A stretch of 55,711 nucleotides of DNA, taken from positions 1 to 55,711 of the forward strand of contig CAJXLI010000001.1 in NCBI GenBank assembly GCA_913055575.1, written 5' to 3'. The DNA is from an uncultured Ectothiorhodospiraceae bacterium (GTDB lineage: Bacteria; Pseudomonadota; Gammaproteobacteria; Nitrococcales; Halorhodospiraceae). This document shows positions 47,227 through 55,622 of this stretch, piece by piece. Position 1 is the first letter of the stretch. Each line of letters begins with the position of its first letter. The notes under the pieces are model-generated. The model ran no database searches. It had not been told where the DNA came from and saw only the letters and a program-made list of their open reading frames with translations. Made by a program: the position numbers and the translations under genes.

Positions 47227-49521
47227 ATTAGCCAGCAAGAGCCCCCTCGGCCCGAGGCGCAAGGCGGCCAGCCGGCGGCTCAGCCGAGCCAGGCGACGCA
47301 GCCCGCCCCGGCAGCGCCAGCCCCAGAAAGCGACGAGATCGATCTCGGCGAGCTGCTGCGCCAGCTCTGGCGCCGCAAGGGCGTTATCGCCTCCACGATC
47401 GTCGTGATCACGCTGCTCGCGGTCCTCGTGGCCTACCAGCTCACGCCGCGCTATACGGCCACGAGCGAGCTGATGATCGAGGCTCGCCAGCAGCGCGTGG
47501 TGGACGTGGAGTCGGTGCTCAGCGGCCCCGGTATCAACGCCGAGGTCGTCGAGAGCGAGATCGAGGTCATCACCTCCGCCAACGTCATGGAGGCCGTCGC
47601 CGAGGATCTCAACCTCGTGGAGGATCCGGAGTTCAATCCGGCCCTGCGCGAGCCGGGCCCGCTGGCGCAGCTGGACCCGATCGGCTGGATCCCGGCGTCC
47701 TGGCGGGCTGCCGTGGGCGCAGCCCCGGAGGAGCCGGAGCCGGCCACCCCCGAGGAGCGGCTCGCCCGGCAGCGTGCCCAGGTCGTGGCGGCTCTGCGCA
47801 GCAGCGTCGAGGTATCGCAGATCGGCACCTCGCGGGGTATCCGGATCTCCGCGACCAGCGAGAGCCCGGAGACGGCCGCGGAGATCGCCAATGCCGTCGC
47901 CGAGAACTACCTCGACGAGCAGCTCGAGGCGAAGTACCAGGCCACCAAGCGGGCCACGGAGTGGCTCAACAAGCGCGTCCAGGAGCTCCGCGAGGAGGTG
48001 GAGGCGGGCGAGCGCGCCGTCCAGCAGTTCCGCGTCGAGGCCGGCCTGACCAAGGGCGAGGACACCCTCCTCAGCGATCAGCAGCTCTCCCAGGTCAACC
48101 AGAAGCTCATCGAGGCGCGCGCCGAGCGCGCCGAGGCGGAATCGCGCCTGCAGCAGGTCCGCTCCCTGGTCCAGGGTGAGGACAGCACCGTGGAGTCCGC
48201 CGCCGAGGTGCTCGACTCCGACCTGATCCAGACGCTGCGCACGCAGGAGGCGAAGGTCGAGCGCCGGGTCGCTGACCTGTCCAGCGAGTACGGCCCGCGC
48301 CACCCCAAGATGATCAACGCCAAGGCCGAGCTCGAGGACATCCGCGAGAAGATCGACGCCGAGGTGCGCAAGATCCTCCAGAACCTGGAGAACGAGGTCG
48401 AGGTCGCCCGGGCCCGCGAGCGCTCCCTGGAGGAGAATCTGGAGAAGCTAGAGGAGCGCTCGGCGGAGCTGAACCAGAAGCAGATCGAGCTGCGCCAGCT
48501 CCAGCGCGAGGTCGAGGCCGATCGCGCCCTCTACGAGACCTTCCTGAGCCGCCTCAAGGAGACCTCGAACCAGCAGGGGATCCAGACCCCGGATGCGCGC
48601 ATCATCTCCCAGGCCGAGGTGCCCAGCGCCGCCTCCTATCCCAACAAGAAGCTGATGGTGGGGGGCGCCTTCGTCCTCTCCGCGATGCTGGGGCTCGCCT
48701 TTGCCTTCCTGCTCGAGCTGCTCGACCACGGCTACCGCAGCCTGGAGCAGATCGAGCGGCTGACGGGGGTAGGAGGCCTGGCGCTCGTCCCCCTGCTCTC
48801 GCGCCGCCAGCGCCAGCGCACCTCGCCCAGCGAGTACGTCGCCGAGCGGCCGGGGTCGGCCTACGGCGAGGCCATGCGCAGCCTGCACACCTCAATCCTG
48901 CTCTCCGACGTGGATGAGCCGCCGCGGGTGGTGCTGCTGACCTCCTCGCGGCCGGGGGAGGGCAAGACCACGGTAGCTGTCTCGCTGGCGCGTTCCGCCG
49001 CCCAGGGGGGGCGCCGGGTGCTGCTGGTGGATACCGATATGCGCCACCCCAGCTGCCACAGGGTGCTGGGCCTGACCAACGAGGCCGGGCTCGTGGACGT
49101 GCTGGCCGAGGGCGCCGACTTCGAGACGACTGTGCAGCAGGACGAGACGACGGGCCTGCACCTGCTGCCGGCCGGCAGCGACGCGCCCAACCCGCCGGAG
49201 CTGCTGGCCTCGGACCGGCTCCGGCAGCTCCTGCGCCACGCCGCCACGGAGTACGACCTCGTGGTGCTGGACTCGCCCCCGGTGCTGGTGGTCTCCGATG
49301 CCCGCCTGCTGGCGCGGGTGGCCGATACCACGGCCTACATCGTGCACTGGGCGGAGACGCGCCGCGAGACGGTGGGCATGGGCCTGAAGCAGGTCCGCGA
49401 GGCTGGCGGCCACCTGGCCGGTGCCTTGCTGAACATGGTGAACGTCCGCCGCCATGCGCAGTACGGCTACGGCGATTCCGGCTACTACTACGGCTACGGC
49501 CAGAAGTACTACACGTCGTGA
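47227..49521 (+). CDS. wzc: Wzc/GumC polysaccharide co-polymerase with BY-kinase domain; probable ATT start
   Basis: DEIDLGELLRQLWRRK upstream of the tracked start, YGPRHP, Walker A PGEGKTT, DTDMR, LDSPP, Tyr cluster YGYGDSGYYYGYGQKYY. Confidence 0.9.
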   Translation: MSQQEPPRPEAQGGQPAAQPSQATQPAPAAPAPESDEIDLGELLRQLWRRKGVIASTIVVITLLAVLVAYQLTPRYTATSELMIEARQQRVVDVESVLSGPGINAEVVESEIEVITSANVMEAVAEDLNLVEDPEFNPALREPGPLAQLDPIGWIPASWRAAVGAAPEEPEPATPEERLARQRAQVVAALRSSVEVSQIGTSRGIRISATSESPETAAEIANAVAENYLDEQLEAKYQATKRATEWLNKRVQELREEVEAGERAVQQFRVEAGLTKGEDTLLSDQQLSQVNQKLIEARAERAEAESRLQQVRSLVQGEDSTVESAAEVLDSDLIQTLRTQEAKVERRVADLSSEYGPRHPKMINAKAELEDIREKIDAEVRKILQNLENEVEVARARERSLEENLEKLEERSAELNQKQIELRQLQREVEADRALYETFLSRLKETSNQQGIQTPDARIISQAEVPSAASYPNKKLMVGGAFVLSAMLGLAFAFLLELLDHGYRSLEQIERLTGVGGLALVPLLSRRQRQRTSPSEYVAERPGSAYGEAMRSLHTSILLSDVDEPPRVVLLTSSRPGEGKTTVAVSLARSAAQGGRRVLLVDTDMRHPSCHRVLGLTNEAGLVDVLAEGADFETTVQQDETTGLHLLPAGSDAPNPPELLASDRLRQLLRHAATEYDLVVLDSPPVLVVSDARLLARVADTTAYIVHWAETRRETVGMGLKQVREAGGHLAGALLNMVNVRRHAQYGYGDSGYYYGYGQKYYTS

Positions 49522-50207
49522 TGCCCGCCCGTATCCGCGCATCGTTGCCGACCGTAGTCGCCGGCCTGCTCGCCCTGGCGCTGATCGGCGGCGGCGGCTG
49601 GACCCTGGCCGCCGAGATTGCGCGTGCCCCCGCCTCCAGTGTGGTCGGCGCCCTGGAGCGCGGCGAGCAGCCCGAGGGCGAGGCCCTGGATCAGGCCGCC
49701 GCCGCCCTTGGTACAGCGGCGGCGATCCGCGGCGATGCCGACTACTACGCCGAGCTCGGGCTGGTACGGCTGACCGCCTGGCAACAGGCGGCGGCGGAGG
49801 AGCGGACAGCCGCCGGCCTGCGCCGGGCGCGGCGGGCCATCGTGGCGGGGCTCGCCGAGGCGCCGGCGGAGCCCTACGGCTGGACGCGCCTGGCGGAGGT
49901 GCGCTACTACCTCGCCGATACCCGCACGCCGGCGGTGCTGGACGCGCTGGAGCTGTCCGCCCTCACGGGCCCCCACGTCGAGGCGCTCCATCTCACGCGT
50001 GCGGAGCTGGTGCTCCGCCTCTGGCCCGCCATCGATGCGGGTGACCGGGGTTGGGCCGAGCGCGCACTGCGGCGCGCCGCGGCCCACAGGCCGGACCGAG
50101 TGCAGCAGATCGCCGAGCGCACGGGCCGGACGGCGGCGCTGGTGAGCGCCCTGCCGGTGGACAGCCCGCTGCGCGACCGGCTCGTCCCGGCCGGGGAGGG
50201 CGACTAA
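49518..50207 (+). CDS. Membrane-anchored helical hypothetical protein, VpsP-like by position and pattern
   Basis: N-terminal TM, PAEPYGWTRLA...LELSALTGP helical-repeat pattern; GTGA overlap with wzc. Confidence 0.55.
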   Translation: MMPARIRASLPTVVAGLLALALIGGGGWTLAAEIARAPASSVVGALERGEQPEGEALDQAAAALGTAAAIRGDADYYAELGLVRLTAWQQAAAEERTAAGLRRARRAIVAGLAEAPAEPYGWTRLAEVRYYLADTRTPAVLDALELSALTGPHVEALHLTRAELVLRLWPAIDAGDRGWAERALRRAAAHRPDRVQQIAERTGRTAALVSALPVDSPLRDRLVPAGEGD

Positions 50208-50209
50208 CC

Positions 50210-51568
50210 GTGCTCCGGTACTGGGCCATCGCGCTCGTCCTGCCGCCTCTGCTTACCCTTGTCCTCTTCGGCGGGGTGCATACCGCCGTCTGGGCAGCCC
50301 TGGTCGCCGCTGCGGGGGCGGTGCTGCTGGCGAGCGTCCGGGAGCAGCTCGCTGCCGGCGGGCCCACCGTCCACCCGCGCCACCTGCGCTGGCTCGCCAT
50401 CCCGTACCTGCTCGCCCTGGCCCTCGTCGCCCTGCAGCTGTGGCCGGCACCGCCGGCCGGCCTGGCGCACCCGCTCTGGGCGAGCGCCGGGCAGGCCCTG
50501 GCGACGGCGGTGACGCCGAGGGTCTCGCTCGCCCCGGCGGACACGCTGGACGCCCTGATGCGCCTGGCGGCCTACGGCGCCCTGTTCTGGGTGGCGGTCC
50601 AGGCCGGACGGTCGCGCTACGTGGCGCGGGCCGTGCTCCGCTGGGTCGCCGCGGGCTGCACGGCCTTCGCCGTCTACGGCCTGGTGGTCTACCTCGGAGG
50701 GCTCGGGACGGTCCTGTGGCTGGAGGGAACCCCCGGCGAGGTGACGGGCACGCTGGTCAACCGCAACAACGCGGCGACCGTGCTCGGCACCGGTTGGCTG
50801 ACGGTCACGGCCCTGCTGCTCGGCGAGCTGCGCGAGCGCCTGGGAGGCGCGGAGACCGCCGGGGAGCGGCGCCGGGTGGTGGCAGGCTACCTGCTCGGCT
50901 CGGGCCTTTGGCTCACCGGCGCCTGGCTCACGCTCCTATCCGCGCTGCTGCTCACCCACTCCCGGGCGGGGGTGGTCACGAGCCTCCTCGGCCTGATCGT
51001 GGTCGTCCTCCTGCTCCTCTCCCGCCGCGTCTTCGGCGCCCTCGTACGGCGCACCGTCGTGGCCCTCATCGCGCTCGGCCTGCTGGCGACCCTGGCGCTG
51101 TCCGGGGGCGTGACCCTGGACCGCCTGGCGGGTACGGAGCTGGAGACCGAGCAACGCTTCGACGCCTACGCGGTGGTGCTGGACGCTGCCGGCGATGCGC
51201 CGTGGATAGGGACCGGACTGGGCACCTTCCGCGAGGTCTTTCGCTTCTACCAGCCTGCGGACCTGCCGGGGCAGTGGGGCATGGCGCACAGCACCTACCT
51301 GGAGCTGCTCCTGACGGGCGGCTGGCCCCTGGCCCTGCTGCTGGTGTTGCCGGGGGTCGTGGCCATCGGGACCTGCCTGGTGAGCGCGCCCATGCGGCGG
51401 CGGGACGGCCACATCCCGACCCTGGCGGGCGCGGTCGGGCTCCAGGTGGGGTTACACTCGGCCGTCGACTTCAGCCTGCAGATCCCGGCCATAGCCGCCA
51501 TGACGGCCGTTCTGCTCGGCGTCGGCGTGGCGCAGGCGTGGTCGTCCCGGGCCGAGCTGTCGCGATAG
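50210..51568 (+). CDS. O-antigen ligase/Wzy_C family membrane protein
   Basis: GTLVNRNN, LTHSRAG, PWIGTGLGTF, AHSTYLE, LHSAVDFSLQIPA. Confidence 0.85.
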   Translation: MLRYWAIALVLPPLLTLVLFGGVHTAVWAALVAAAGAVLLASVREQLAAGGPTVHPRHLRWLAIPYLLALALVALQLWPAPPAGLAHPLWASAGQALATAVTPRVSLAPADTLDALMRLAAYGALFWVAVQAGRSRYVARAVLRWVAAGCTAFAVYGLVVYLGGLGTVLWLEGTPGEVTGTLVNRNNAATVLGTGWLTVTALLLGELRERLGGAETAGERRRVVAGYLLGSGLWLTGAWLTLLSALLLTHSRAGVVTSLLGLIVVVLLLLSRRVFGALVRRTVVALIALGLLATLALSGGVTLDRLAGTELETEQRFDAYAVVLDAAGDAPWIGTGLGTFREVFRFYQPADLPGQWGMAHSTYLELLLTGGWPLALLLVLPGVVAIGTCLVSAPMRRRDGHIPTLAGAVGLQVGLHSAVDFSLQIPAIAAMTAVLLGVGVAQAWSSRAELSR

Positions 51569-51577
51569 CCACCACGC

Positions 51578-52660
51578 TCAGCCGGACCCGCGCGAGCGCG
51601 CCCGGCGCAGGTACCTCCCGAGCAGCCGGGCGATCCGCCAGGCCCGCGCGTGTATCAGGGCCTGGCCGGCCGCCACCGGCAGGAGCAGCAGCAACAGAAG
51701 CCACTCCGGCACGCCGGCCCAGGCGCCCAGGACGCCGATACCCCCCAGCACCGCGCTGGCGACGAGGAGGATGGAGACCGTCTGCCCCGGCGTGAAGCCG
51801 GCCCGGTAGAAGATGTGGTGCAGGTGCTTGCGGTCCGGGCGGAACGGGTGGACCCCGCGCAGCGCGCGCCGCGCCATGAGGGTGATCGCGTCGGACACGG
51901 GCAGGGCCAGGATCCAGGCAATGGCGATCGGCGGCAGCACGGGGGCCGTCCCCGCCGCGGCCTCGACCGCTAACCAGGCCAGGCCGAAGCCGATGGCCGT
52001 GCTGCCGGAGTCGCCCAGGAAGCAGGCCGCCTGGCGGCGCCACGGGTTGCGCAGGTTGAAGACCAGGAAGGCGCTGATGGCGGCGAGGAGGAGGCCGGCC
52101 AGCACGGGCCACGCCCCGGCGCCGCCCACGGCCCCGGCGAGCACCAGCCACCCCAGGGCGATGGCGACGGTCCCGGCGGCGAGGCCGTCGACGCCGTCGA
52201 ACATGTTGACGGCGTTGATCAGGCCGACGACGCAGAGCACGGTAAACGGTATGGCCCACGGCCCCAGGCTGAGGGAGGTGCCCGGCCCGAGCAGGGCGCC
52301 CAGGTCCTCGACGTGGAGGCCACCCCAGGCGGCCATCAGCAGCGCTGCCAGGATCTGGATGCCGAGCCTCGCCCTGCTGTCGACCTCCACGAGGTCATCG
52401 ACGATGCCCAGGAGCAGGAGCGTGCCCATGCCCGCGAAGAGCCCCTGGTAGTCGCGCAGCCCGAGATCCGCCGGCAGGGCCGCCGCCACGAAGCCGATCG
52501 TGATGCAGACGCCGCCGATCAGCGGCACCGCCCGCCCGTGCCGCTTGCGGCTAGTCGGCTGGTCCACGAGCCCGGCCTGCATCGCCGGGCGGCGCAGGAG
52601 CAGCAGGAGGACAGCTGTCAGCGCGAAGGCGAGGCAGATTTGCAGGGCGATCTGGATCAC
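51578..52660 (-). CDS. wecA: UDP-GlcNAc:undecaprenyl-phosphate GlcNAc-1-P transferase (MraY/WecA family)
   Basis: RKRHGRAVPLIGG, GIVDD, INAVNMFDGVDGLA, FLGDSGS, PDRKHLHH. Confidence 0.88.
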   Translation of the reverse strand: MIQIALQICLAFALTAVLLLLLRRPAMQAGLVDQPTSRKRHGRAVPLIGGVCITIGFVAAALPADLGLRDYQGLFAGMGTLLLLGIVDDLVEVDSRARLGIQILAALLMAAWGGLHVEDLGALLGPGTSLSLGPWAIPFTVLCVVGLINAVNMFDGVDGLAAGTVAIALGWLVLAGAVGGAGAWPVLAGLLLAAISAFLVFNLRNPWRRQAACFLGDSGSTAIGFGLAWLAVEAAAGTAPVLPPIAIAWILALPVSDAITLMARRALRGVHPFRPDRKHLHHIFYRAGFTPGQTVSILLVASAVLGGIGVLGAWAGVPEWLLLLLLLPVAAGQALIHARAWRIARLLGRYLRRARSRGSG

Positions 52661-52810
52661 GACGATACGGCTCTCCGTTGCCAGCGTGGAAGCTTAGCGC
52701 GTCCAGGCGCAGCCATCTACACAGTACCACCTCGAAAGAGCCGAACGCATGCCGGATCGGGCTGGCAGCGCCTCTGCGCCTCGGCCTCCTCGTATTCATA
52801 GGCCTTGCTC

Positions 52811-52879
52811 GTGTCGATACCGACCGCGATCTATTTGGACACCCACGTCATTGCATGGTTATATGCTAGAACCGAATGA
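52811..52879 (+). pseudogene. N-terminal fragment of a PIN-domain (VapC-like) toxin
   Basis: Hand translation VSIPTAIYLDTHVIAWLYARTE*; LDTHxxxW is the first-strand motif of a PIN subfamily. Confidence 0.55.
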
Positions 52880-53027
52880 TTGTGGCCCAATCAGCTCTCT
52901 TCCAGGCTCCGTTATTGACAAAAGACCGAGAAATCCATGCCCATTATGAGGGAGCCTTCTGGACGCAAGCTCCCCCGGGATCCAATTACCGCTGACGCCT
53001 TGAATGGGGCGCTGTCGTAATCGGTGG

Positions 53028-53300
53028 TCAGTCGTCGATGAGCTTTAGCCCGTAGGGCCGGTAGTCGGCAAAGGCGCTGTCGGCAGAGTCCTCGTGGAAC
53101 GCAAAGGAGGCCCGCTCCTGCAACAGCCCCGGCGTGAGGGCGGTGCGTTGCTGCTGACGGTATTTCTCGTAGGGCACGAGGACAGCCACCTTCTCGTGCC
53201 CGCGGCCGAACTCCAGCACGAACTCCTCGCCCTCGGTGCGGATCCGCTCAAGGATCTCCGAGAGGTGGGCCTTCATCTCCCCGACTTGGACGGTGTGCAT
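53028..53300 (-). CDS. Phd/YefM-family antitoxin, apparently fused to the C-terminal tail of a deleted PIN toxin
   Basis: MHTVQVGEMKAHLSEILERI...VAVLVPY; tail SADSAFADYRPYGLKLI. Confidence 0.7.
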   Translation of the reverse strand: MHTVQVGEMKAHLSEILERIRTEGEEFVLEFGRGHEKVAVLVPYEKYRQQQRTALTPGLLQERASFAFHEDSADSAFADYRPYGLKLIDD

Positions 53301-53344
53301 GGCGGCGGCCTCGCGGTGGGATCTTCCATAAAACTGCTACGGTA

Positions 53345-53363
53345 TTGACAACTTGTCAAGTTG
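53345..53363. promoter_or_regulatory. Overlapping palindromes upstream of the antitoxin (autoregulatory operator / -35 candidate)
   Basis: TTGACA-ACT-TGTCAA (53345-53359) overlapping CAACTTG-T-CAAGTTG (53349-53363). Confidence 0.6.
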
Positions 53364-53400
53364 ATGTCTCTGCACTCACCGCCTTCGTTCGGCTCTGCCT

Positions 53401-53540
53401 CTACACCCCGTAGTACCACCGATACCACGCCACGAAGCGCCGCACGCCCGCCTCGACGCTGACCTGCGGCCGGTAGCCGGTATCCCGCGCCAGGTCGGTG
53501 ATATCCGAGTGGGTCTCGGGCACGTCGCCGGGCTGCAGGA
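53401..53540 (-). pseudogene. 3'-end remnant of an NAD-dependent (UDP-glucuronate 4-) epimerase
   Basis: LQPGDVPETHSDITDLARDTGYRPQVSVEAGVRRFVAWYRWYYGV*. Confidence 0.85.
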
Positions 53541-53596
53541 GTTCGCCCATCCTTGAGGCAGATTGCGGTTGTCCGGGGCCGGGCGTGCACGGAGGA

Positions 53597-54034
53597 CTAC
53601 GGTTCAGTGCACAACTCGCGGGTCTTGACGCCCAGGAACTCGGCCGCCGCTCGGAGGGGCTCATCCAAGGTCAACAGGGACAGGTTGTGTGCCTCGGCGC
53701 AGGCCAGGTGCAGGGCGTCCAGCGTCCTCAGGCTGGTCCGTCGAGCCAGGAGCCAATGCGTGGCTCGATCGTATAGGGCGTGGTCGAGTTCCAGTACGCG
53801 GAAACGTCCCTCATGGAGGTCCTCGTGAAAAGCCGATTCGACCCGATTGGCCTGGGTCTCCGTGAGCTCCGCCATGCGCACCCACCGGGCGAGCGCCGAC
53901 GCGACCTCCACGCGCGTGAGATGGCTGATCGCCACCGGCTGGGATTGAGCCATGAAGAGCCGCTCAACGGCGGCGCTCGCAGGCTCGTGCCGATAATAGG
54001 GCAGGATGGCGCTCGTGTCGGCGTAGAGCATCAT
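53597..54034 (-). CDS. vapC: VapC PIN-domain ribonuclease toxin
   Basis: LYADTSA, TRVEVASAL, LRTLDALHLA, LLTLD; acidic residues intact; TGATG coupling to the antitoxin. Confidence 0.9.
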   Translation of the reverse strand: MMLYADTSAILPYYRHEPASAAVERLFMAQSQPVAISHLTRVEVASALARWVRMAELTETQANRVESAFHEDLHEGRFRVLELDHALYDRATHWLLARRTSLRTLDALHLACAEAHNLSLLTLDEPLRAAAEFLGVKTRELCTEP

Positions 54035-54270
54035 CAATACCGCTCGGCGTCACGGATCGCGCGCGTGGCCTGGGCAGCCTCCTCGTGCGCTGGCGGGAGC
54101 TCCTGTCGCAGATCGGCGCGCGAGCGGAATCCCTGAACGGTCTCCTCGGGGCGGGTCATCTGGGCGATGGGGTGGCCGCGGCGCAGGATGCGCACCTCCT
54201 GCCCCTGCTCCACCTCCTTGAGGATCTGCGCCAGGTTCGTACGGGCCTCGCGGACGTTCACCTCTTTCAT
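54034..54270 (-). CDS. Phd/YefM-family antitoxin
   Basis: MKEVNVREARTNLAQILKEVEQGQEVRILRRGHPIA, ends RAIRDAERY. Confidence 0.9.
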   Translation of the reverse strand: MKEVNVREARTNLAQILKEVEQGQEVRILRRGHPIAQMTRPEETVQGFRSRADLRQELPPAHEEAAQATRAIRDAERY

Positions 54271-54291
54271 AGAACTCTACATCTCGCCGAG

Positions 54292-54314
54292 TGTGTACAT
54301 CTACTGTGTACACA
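54292..54314. promoter_or_regulatory. Tandem TGTACA-core palindromes, TA operator
   Basis: TGTACA at 54294-54299 and 54307-54312 (the second within the perfect TGTGTACACA); the same core is used by the E. coli yefM-yoeB operator. Confidence 0.7.
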
Positions 54315-54520
54315 AAATCCCGACGATGCAAGGTCGTCAATTGGAACGGCGTGTGGCGCAGCTTTGGCCTCGCGATCCTTCTCCTGGCGGGTCATCTCGA
54401 GCCTCCCTCCGATGCAACTCGCCGAGGGAGGTTAAACAGCCGAGCTCAGGCCCCGATAGACGGGCTCAAGCGGACAAGTACCCTTGAGGTTGATGCTGCC
54501 GAGCGCTCACGGTGCATCCC

Positions 54521-55000
54521 TCAGAGCTGATAGTACCACCGATACCACTCGACGAACCGGCGCACGCCCTCTTCGACGGATACCTGCGGCCGGTAGCCGG
54601 TATCCCGCGCCAGATCGGTGCTATCCGGGTGGGTCTGTCTCGAGTATGTCGCCGGGCTGCAGCGGCTGGTAGCGCTTCTCGGCCGTGACGCCGAGCTCCC
54701 GCTCGAGGACCTCGACGAAGCGCATCAGCGGCACCGGCTCGTCGGCGCCGATGTTGTAGAGGCGCCAGGGGGTGTCGGAGCTGGTCGAGGCGTAGGTGAG
54801 GTGCTCGACGCCGTTGTAGCGGCAGCCCTCGAGGACGTTGAGGGTTCCGGTGACGTTGCTGTCGACGTAGCTGTACGGGTCGGTGAGGGAGTGGCGCACC
54901 CCGGCCTGGGCGGCGAGGTGGATGACCCGCTGGAAGCCCTCCCGCTGGAAGCCCTCCCGGTGGAAGAGCTCGGCCATGCCCTCGCGGTCGGGGGGGAGGG
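54521..55000 (-). pseudogene. Degraded NAD-dependent (UDP-glucuronate 4-) epimerase
   Basis: [42 protein letters not shown] joined directly to PWRLYNIG; frameshift after LQPGD; no N-terminal GxxGxxG. Confidence 0.88.
54926..54959. repeat. 15-bp tandem duplication CCCGCTGGAAGCCCT
   Basis: Two exact copies plus 4 nt; gives [10 protein letters not shown] in the epimerase pseudogene. Confidence 0.9.
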
Positions 55001-55022
55001 CGAGCCTTTGGCGCGGATCTGC

Positions 55023-55532
55023 TCAGTCGCGTTCCTCTGCGCTGCGGTTGAGCTTGTTCGGGACAAATAGGGGTAGTGTTACATCCCGGATGGGCGAGCG
55101 ACTCGTGACGTTCTGGACAAGCTCGCGGAAATAGGGCCAGGCGTGATAGGCCACACACCGTACGTTGAAGTGCTCTTGTTCGGCCTCGCTCCATTGCCCG
55201 GGGACGACGACGCGATAAGCGAGGGAATAGCGAGCGCGAAGGTAGATCAACAGGCCGTCTTCGACCTGGCTGGCGTCCGCGGAGGGCTCGGGTGCGTCAT
55301 CCGGGTAGCCCTGCACAGTGATCTCCGCGGAGGCCAGGGCGGTGCCTCCAACCTCGCCAGCGAGGGCCTCATGATCGTGGCCGATATCGAACCGGAACCG
55401 AAGCTTGCCCGATTGCGTCTCCGGCTGTTCGGGCGTGTCCATGTGGAGGCTTGTGAGCGAGATGCTCTCCAGTTCCAGCGCCTCGGCCAGATCGCAAGCC
55501 TCCGAACTCGTCTGCGTTGCGTCAGCCGTCAT
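55023..55532 (-). CDS. SecB-like chaperone (divergent, TA-associated type)
   Basis: Acidic 169 aa; LELESISL strand, YLRARYSLAY strand, AWPYFRELVQNVTSR..VTLP matching the SecB PYxRE..LP pattern. Confidence 0.72.
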   Translation of the reverse strand: MTADATQTSSEACDLAEALELESISLTSLHMDTPEQPETQSGKLRFRFDIGHDHEALAGEVGGTALASAEITVQGYPDDAPEPSADASQVEDGLLIYLRARYSLAYRVVVPGQWSEAEQEHFNVRCVAYHAWPYFRELVQNVTSRSPIRDVTLPLFVPNKLNRSAEERD

Positions 55533-55588
55533 TGCTCATGACCCATGTATGGCTAGTCCCGGCAAACGTATGGGGGGTCTCATGAACT

Positions 55589-55622
55589 ACGCCCCCTAAG
55601 CCGAGCCGGCTATAGGGGGCGT
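55589..55622. other. Stem-loop upstream of the SecB-like gene
   Basis: ACGCCCCCTA/TAGGGGGCGT 10-bp stem plus an inner AGCCG/CGGCT stem; no clear U tract. Confidence 0.5.

Larger units (their letters stand above)
53411..54662. repeat. Diverged direct repeat (53411-53538 and 54531-54662) bracketing a vapBC module
   Basis: Hand alignment: 15 mismatches in 128 nt plus a 4-nt insertion in the second copy. Confidence 0.85.

Noticed and set aside
52716-52731. Possible third micro-remnant of the epimerase 3' end (CTACAC-AGTACCACC)
   Set aside because: The match is too short and gapped to distinguish from chance.
54400-54437. Integron attC site (GTTAAAC beside a hairpin next to TA genes)
   Set aside because: There is no matching RYYYAAC/GTTRRRY pair with L boxes at suitable spacing, no repetition and no integrase.
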